Source: an uncultured Pelagibacteraceae bacterium (GTDB lineage: Bacteria > Pseudomonadota > Alphaproteobacteria > Pelagibacterales > AG-422-B15). Taken from it: 64,000 bases of DNA. Made by a program: the position numbers and the translations under genes. Positions within the stretch are counted from its first letter, which is position 1, and the number at the start of each line of letters is the position of its first letter. Below, piece after piece: positions 61,961 to 64,000 of this stretch. The notes beneath the pieces are model-generated. The model did no database searches, had not been told where the DNA came from, and worked only from the letters and a program-made list of their open reading frames with translations. Location: positions 17,123-81,122 of the forward strand of contig CACKXV010000001.1 of assembly GCA_902604225.1 (NCBI GenBank), in the 5' to 3' direction.

Positions 61961-63792
61961 CAATCATTAAAGTAAGCATATATTTTTTCTGATAGCAACC
62001 TGCTTATTCCCTTAACCTTCATAATATCTTGAGATGATGCAGTTTTAATATTTTTAACTGACCCAAAATGATTCAGTAGTAGCTTTTTTCTAACTCTTCC
62101 CAAACCTTCAATGGGTTCCAATTCTGATGTATGCATTTCTTTTTTTCTTTTGTCTCTATGAGCACCAATAGCATATCTATGTGATTCATCTCTAAGCCTT
62201 TGCATAAAGAAAAATGAAGGTGTATCTTTTTTTATATAATTTTTCTTATCATTGAAAATAATCTGATCTAGGCTCTCCTTTCTTCCTTCGCCCTTAAAAA
62301 TTGACGCTAATTTAATTTCACTTAAATTTTTCTCTTCTAATATTTTTTTAGCCAAATCATAGTGGCCTTTGCCACCATCTATAATGAGAAGCTCAGGTAA
62401 ATTTTGATATTTTTTTTGATTTTTTATTGCTTCAGAAGAAAACCTTCTCTCAAGAACATGCCGCATCATACCATAATCATCTCCTGGTTTAACCTTATTT
62501 GAATCAATATTAAATTTTCTATAAGACTTTTTATCAAAACCTTCTTTTGAAAATACAATCATGGCACCAACAGCATTTTTGCCAAATAAGTGACTGTTAT
62601 CAAAAGCTTCTATTCGATTAATATCAAGGGCAATTCCTAGATCTTTCTTTAAGGCTTTTAAATTTTCTTTATCAGAGAACGACTGAGTAATATGATTTTT
62701 TAATGATAATTCGGAATTCCTTATCGCATAATTAATAATTTCTAATTTTTTACCCTTTTTTGGGATTGAAAAATTTGTTTGATAAGAATAAATCGATTTT
62801 AGAGAATTTTTAATGAGCTTAGAATTATTAATGGGGGTATTTATGAGTACATTTTTTGGAGGTGAATACTTTGTATAAAAATCAACTATAAACCTCTCTA
62901 ATATTTCATAAGTTTCGACTTCTTCTCCATGTTTTGGAAAGTAAGATCTATTCCCCCAATTCTGGCCTGATCTGTATATGAATACCTGCACGCAAGATTT
63001 GTTTCCTTTTCTTGAAATAGATATCACGTCAGTATTTTTAATGTCATGCAAGTTTATATTTTGTTGACTTTGTATTTGAGTTAAAGCTTCAATTTTATCT
63101 CTATAGCTTGCAGCTTTTTCATAATTCAAAATTTCACTTTCTCTTTCCATCTTCTTTGATAGCTCTGCCTGTAGAGTACTGTGATGGCCTGAAAGAAAAT
63201 TTTCAGCATTTTTTACTGTTGAATTGTAATCTTTCTTATTAATTGTATCATTTACACAAGGACCGCTACAGCGTTCAATTTGATAAAGAAGACAAGGTTT
63301 TGATCTGTTTTCAAATATCGTATCATCACATGAACGCAGTAAAAAAACTTTCTGTAATATTTTTAATGTATAATTAAGAGAGTTGATTGTTGCAAAAGGA
63401 CCGAAATACTTTCCTTTAAATTTTTGCTTACCTCTATGTTTTGTAATTTGAGGATATTCTTGTTCATGGTTAATAAAGATATAAGGAAAAGATTTGTCAT
63501 CACGAAGCAGTATATTAAATGGTGGTTTTAGTTTCTTGATTAAATTTGCCTCTAAAAGTAATGCTTCTTTTTCAGTTTGTGTAATCACAACGTCAATAGT
63601 TGATATTTTACTAACCATTCTTTTTATGCGGTTTGATAAATTGTTACCATTCAGGTAACTTTTAAGACGATTTTGTATATTCTTAGCTTTTCCTACGTAG
63701 AGTATTTCATCTTTTTCATTCAGCATTTTATAAATACCTGCAGAAGTAGGAGATTGATTTATAATTTCTTTTAGATTTTCTGTACTATTCAT
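61960..63792 (-). CDS. uvrC: excinuclease ABC subunit C
   Basis: 610 aa. It has the GIY-YIG N-terminus (GIYKMLNEKDEILYVGKAKN), a UvrBC domain, an endonuclease V-like region and a C-terminal HhH. Confidence 0.96.
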   Translation of the reverse strand: MNSTENLKEIINQSPTSAGIYKMLNEKDEILYVGKAKNIQNRLKSYLNGNNLSNRIKRMVSKISTIDVVITQTEKEALLLEANLIKKLKPPFNILLRDDKSFPYIFINHEQEYPQITKHRGKQKFKGKYFGPFATINSLNYTLKILQKVFLLRSCDDTIFENRSKPCLLYQIERCSGPCVNDTINKKDYNSTVKNAENFLSGHHSTLQAELSKKMERESEILNYEKAASYRDKIEALTQIQSQQNINLHDIKNTDVISISRKGNKSCVQVFIYRSGQNWGNRSYFPKHGEEVETYEILERFIVDFYTKYSPPKNVLINTPINNSKLIKNSLKSIYSYQTNFSIPKKGKKLEIINYAIRNSELSLKNHITQSFSDKENLKALKKDLGIALDINRIEAFDNSHLFGKNAVGAMIVFSKEGFDKKSYRKFNIDSNKVKPGDDYGMMRHVLERRFSSEAIKNQKKYQNLPELLIIDGGKGHYDLAKKILEEKNLSEIKLASIFKGEGRKESLDQIIFNDKKNYIKKDTPSFFFMQRLRDESHRYAIGAHRDKRKKEMHTSELEPIEGLGRVRKKLLLNHFGSVKNIKTASSQDIMKVKGISRLLSEKIYAYFND

Positions 63793-63794
63793 TT

Positions 63795-64000
63795 TTAAGC
63801 GCGTGAGCGCTCAATTTCAATACCAGCACTCGCAGCCTCTTTTATTGCGTCCAATTTTTCTAGCCTAATTTTCATTGTCTCAATTCTTTTATTTTTGAAA
63901 CATTCCTTAAATATTTTTTCAGCCAATTTCTCAAGAAGAACTGTATGTCCAGCACCTATAATTTTTTTTATTTTTTTTGATATTTGATTATAGCAAACAA
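63795..64000 (-). CDS. folB: dihydroneopterin aldolase, C-terminal ~68 codons (gene runs off right edge)
   Basis: Hand translation of the reverse strand gives ...CYNQISKKIKKIIGAGHTVLLEKLAEKIFKECFKNKRIETMKIRLEKLDAIKEAASAGIEIERSRA*. This pattern (LlEtLAe.i...., v.v.K..a......GVeieR) is FolB-like. Confidence 0.65.
   Translation of the reverse strand, partial: VCYNQISKKIKKIIGAGHTVLLEKLAEKIFKECFKNKRIETMKIRLEKLDAIKEAASAGIEIERSRA

Overview
The window is a very AT-rich (about 30% G+C by eye, not computed), extremely gene-dense stretch of core chromosome from a streamlined alphaproteobacterium. It looks SAR11/Pelagibacterales-like, but I cannot confirm taxonomy without a search. I count about 72 protein genes, partial at both edges, and 3 tRNAs (Leu-GAG, Met/Ile2-CAT, Gln-TTG).

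Alphaproteobacterial hallmarks:
- aa3 cytochrome oxidase cluster coxB-coxA-ctaB-(small ORF)-ctaG-coxC-SURF1
- cytochrome bc1 operon petABC
- split ATP synthase F0 operon atpI-B-E-F2(b')-F
- orphan CcrM GANTC methyltransferase between mutY and rnhB
- type II homoserine kinase
- DUF1285-Nudix-CCA block
- lgt-DUF185-pgeF-prs block

The rest is housekeeping:
- Cofactor, nucleotide and amino-acid metabolism: nadBA, pyrC, cysQ, thrC, thrB, ispE, hemF, gpt, proC, ilvE, folB, ETF-QO.
- DNA repair and RNases H: rnhA, rnhB, UDG, mutY, uvrC.
- Translation and transcription factors: mnmA, greA, trmL, ychF, pth, L25.
- Other: tldD, pgsA.

I see no transposase, integrase, prophage, CRISPR array, toxin-antitoxin pair or recognisable defence system. 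By my reading this is an ordinary core region, not an accessory island, and I did not find a convincing new multi-gene system.

The observations most worth a second look are:
1. An 864-aa SMC with canonical heads but no recognisable hinge.
2. Three clustered GANTC sites at the 5' end of ccrM.
3. A perfect GCGNC-N5-GNCGC palindrome upstream of coxBA, with a related copy sharing TGCGTCA upstream of petABC.
4. A tight four-gene operon: hexapeptide protein, GMC oxidoreductase, PvdQ-like Ntn acylase, acyl-CoA ligase.
5. A perfect DnaA-box 9-mer inside an 18-bp palindrome in the leader of a purine permease.
6. Pervasive stop/stop and start/stop overlaps that leave no room for terminators or promoters.

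All calls come from reading the supplied translations and the DNA by eye. No homology search, HMM or folding was run. Where the ORF track's longest ORF begins with TTG or GTG and a nearby ATG fits the family better, I moved the start and say so in the evidence.
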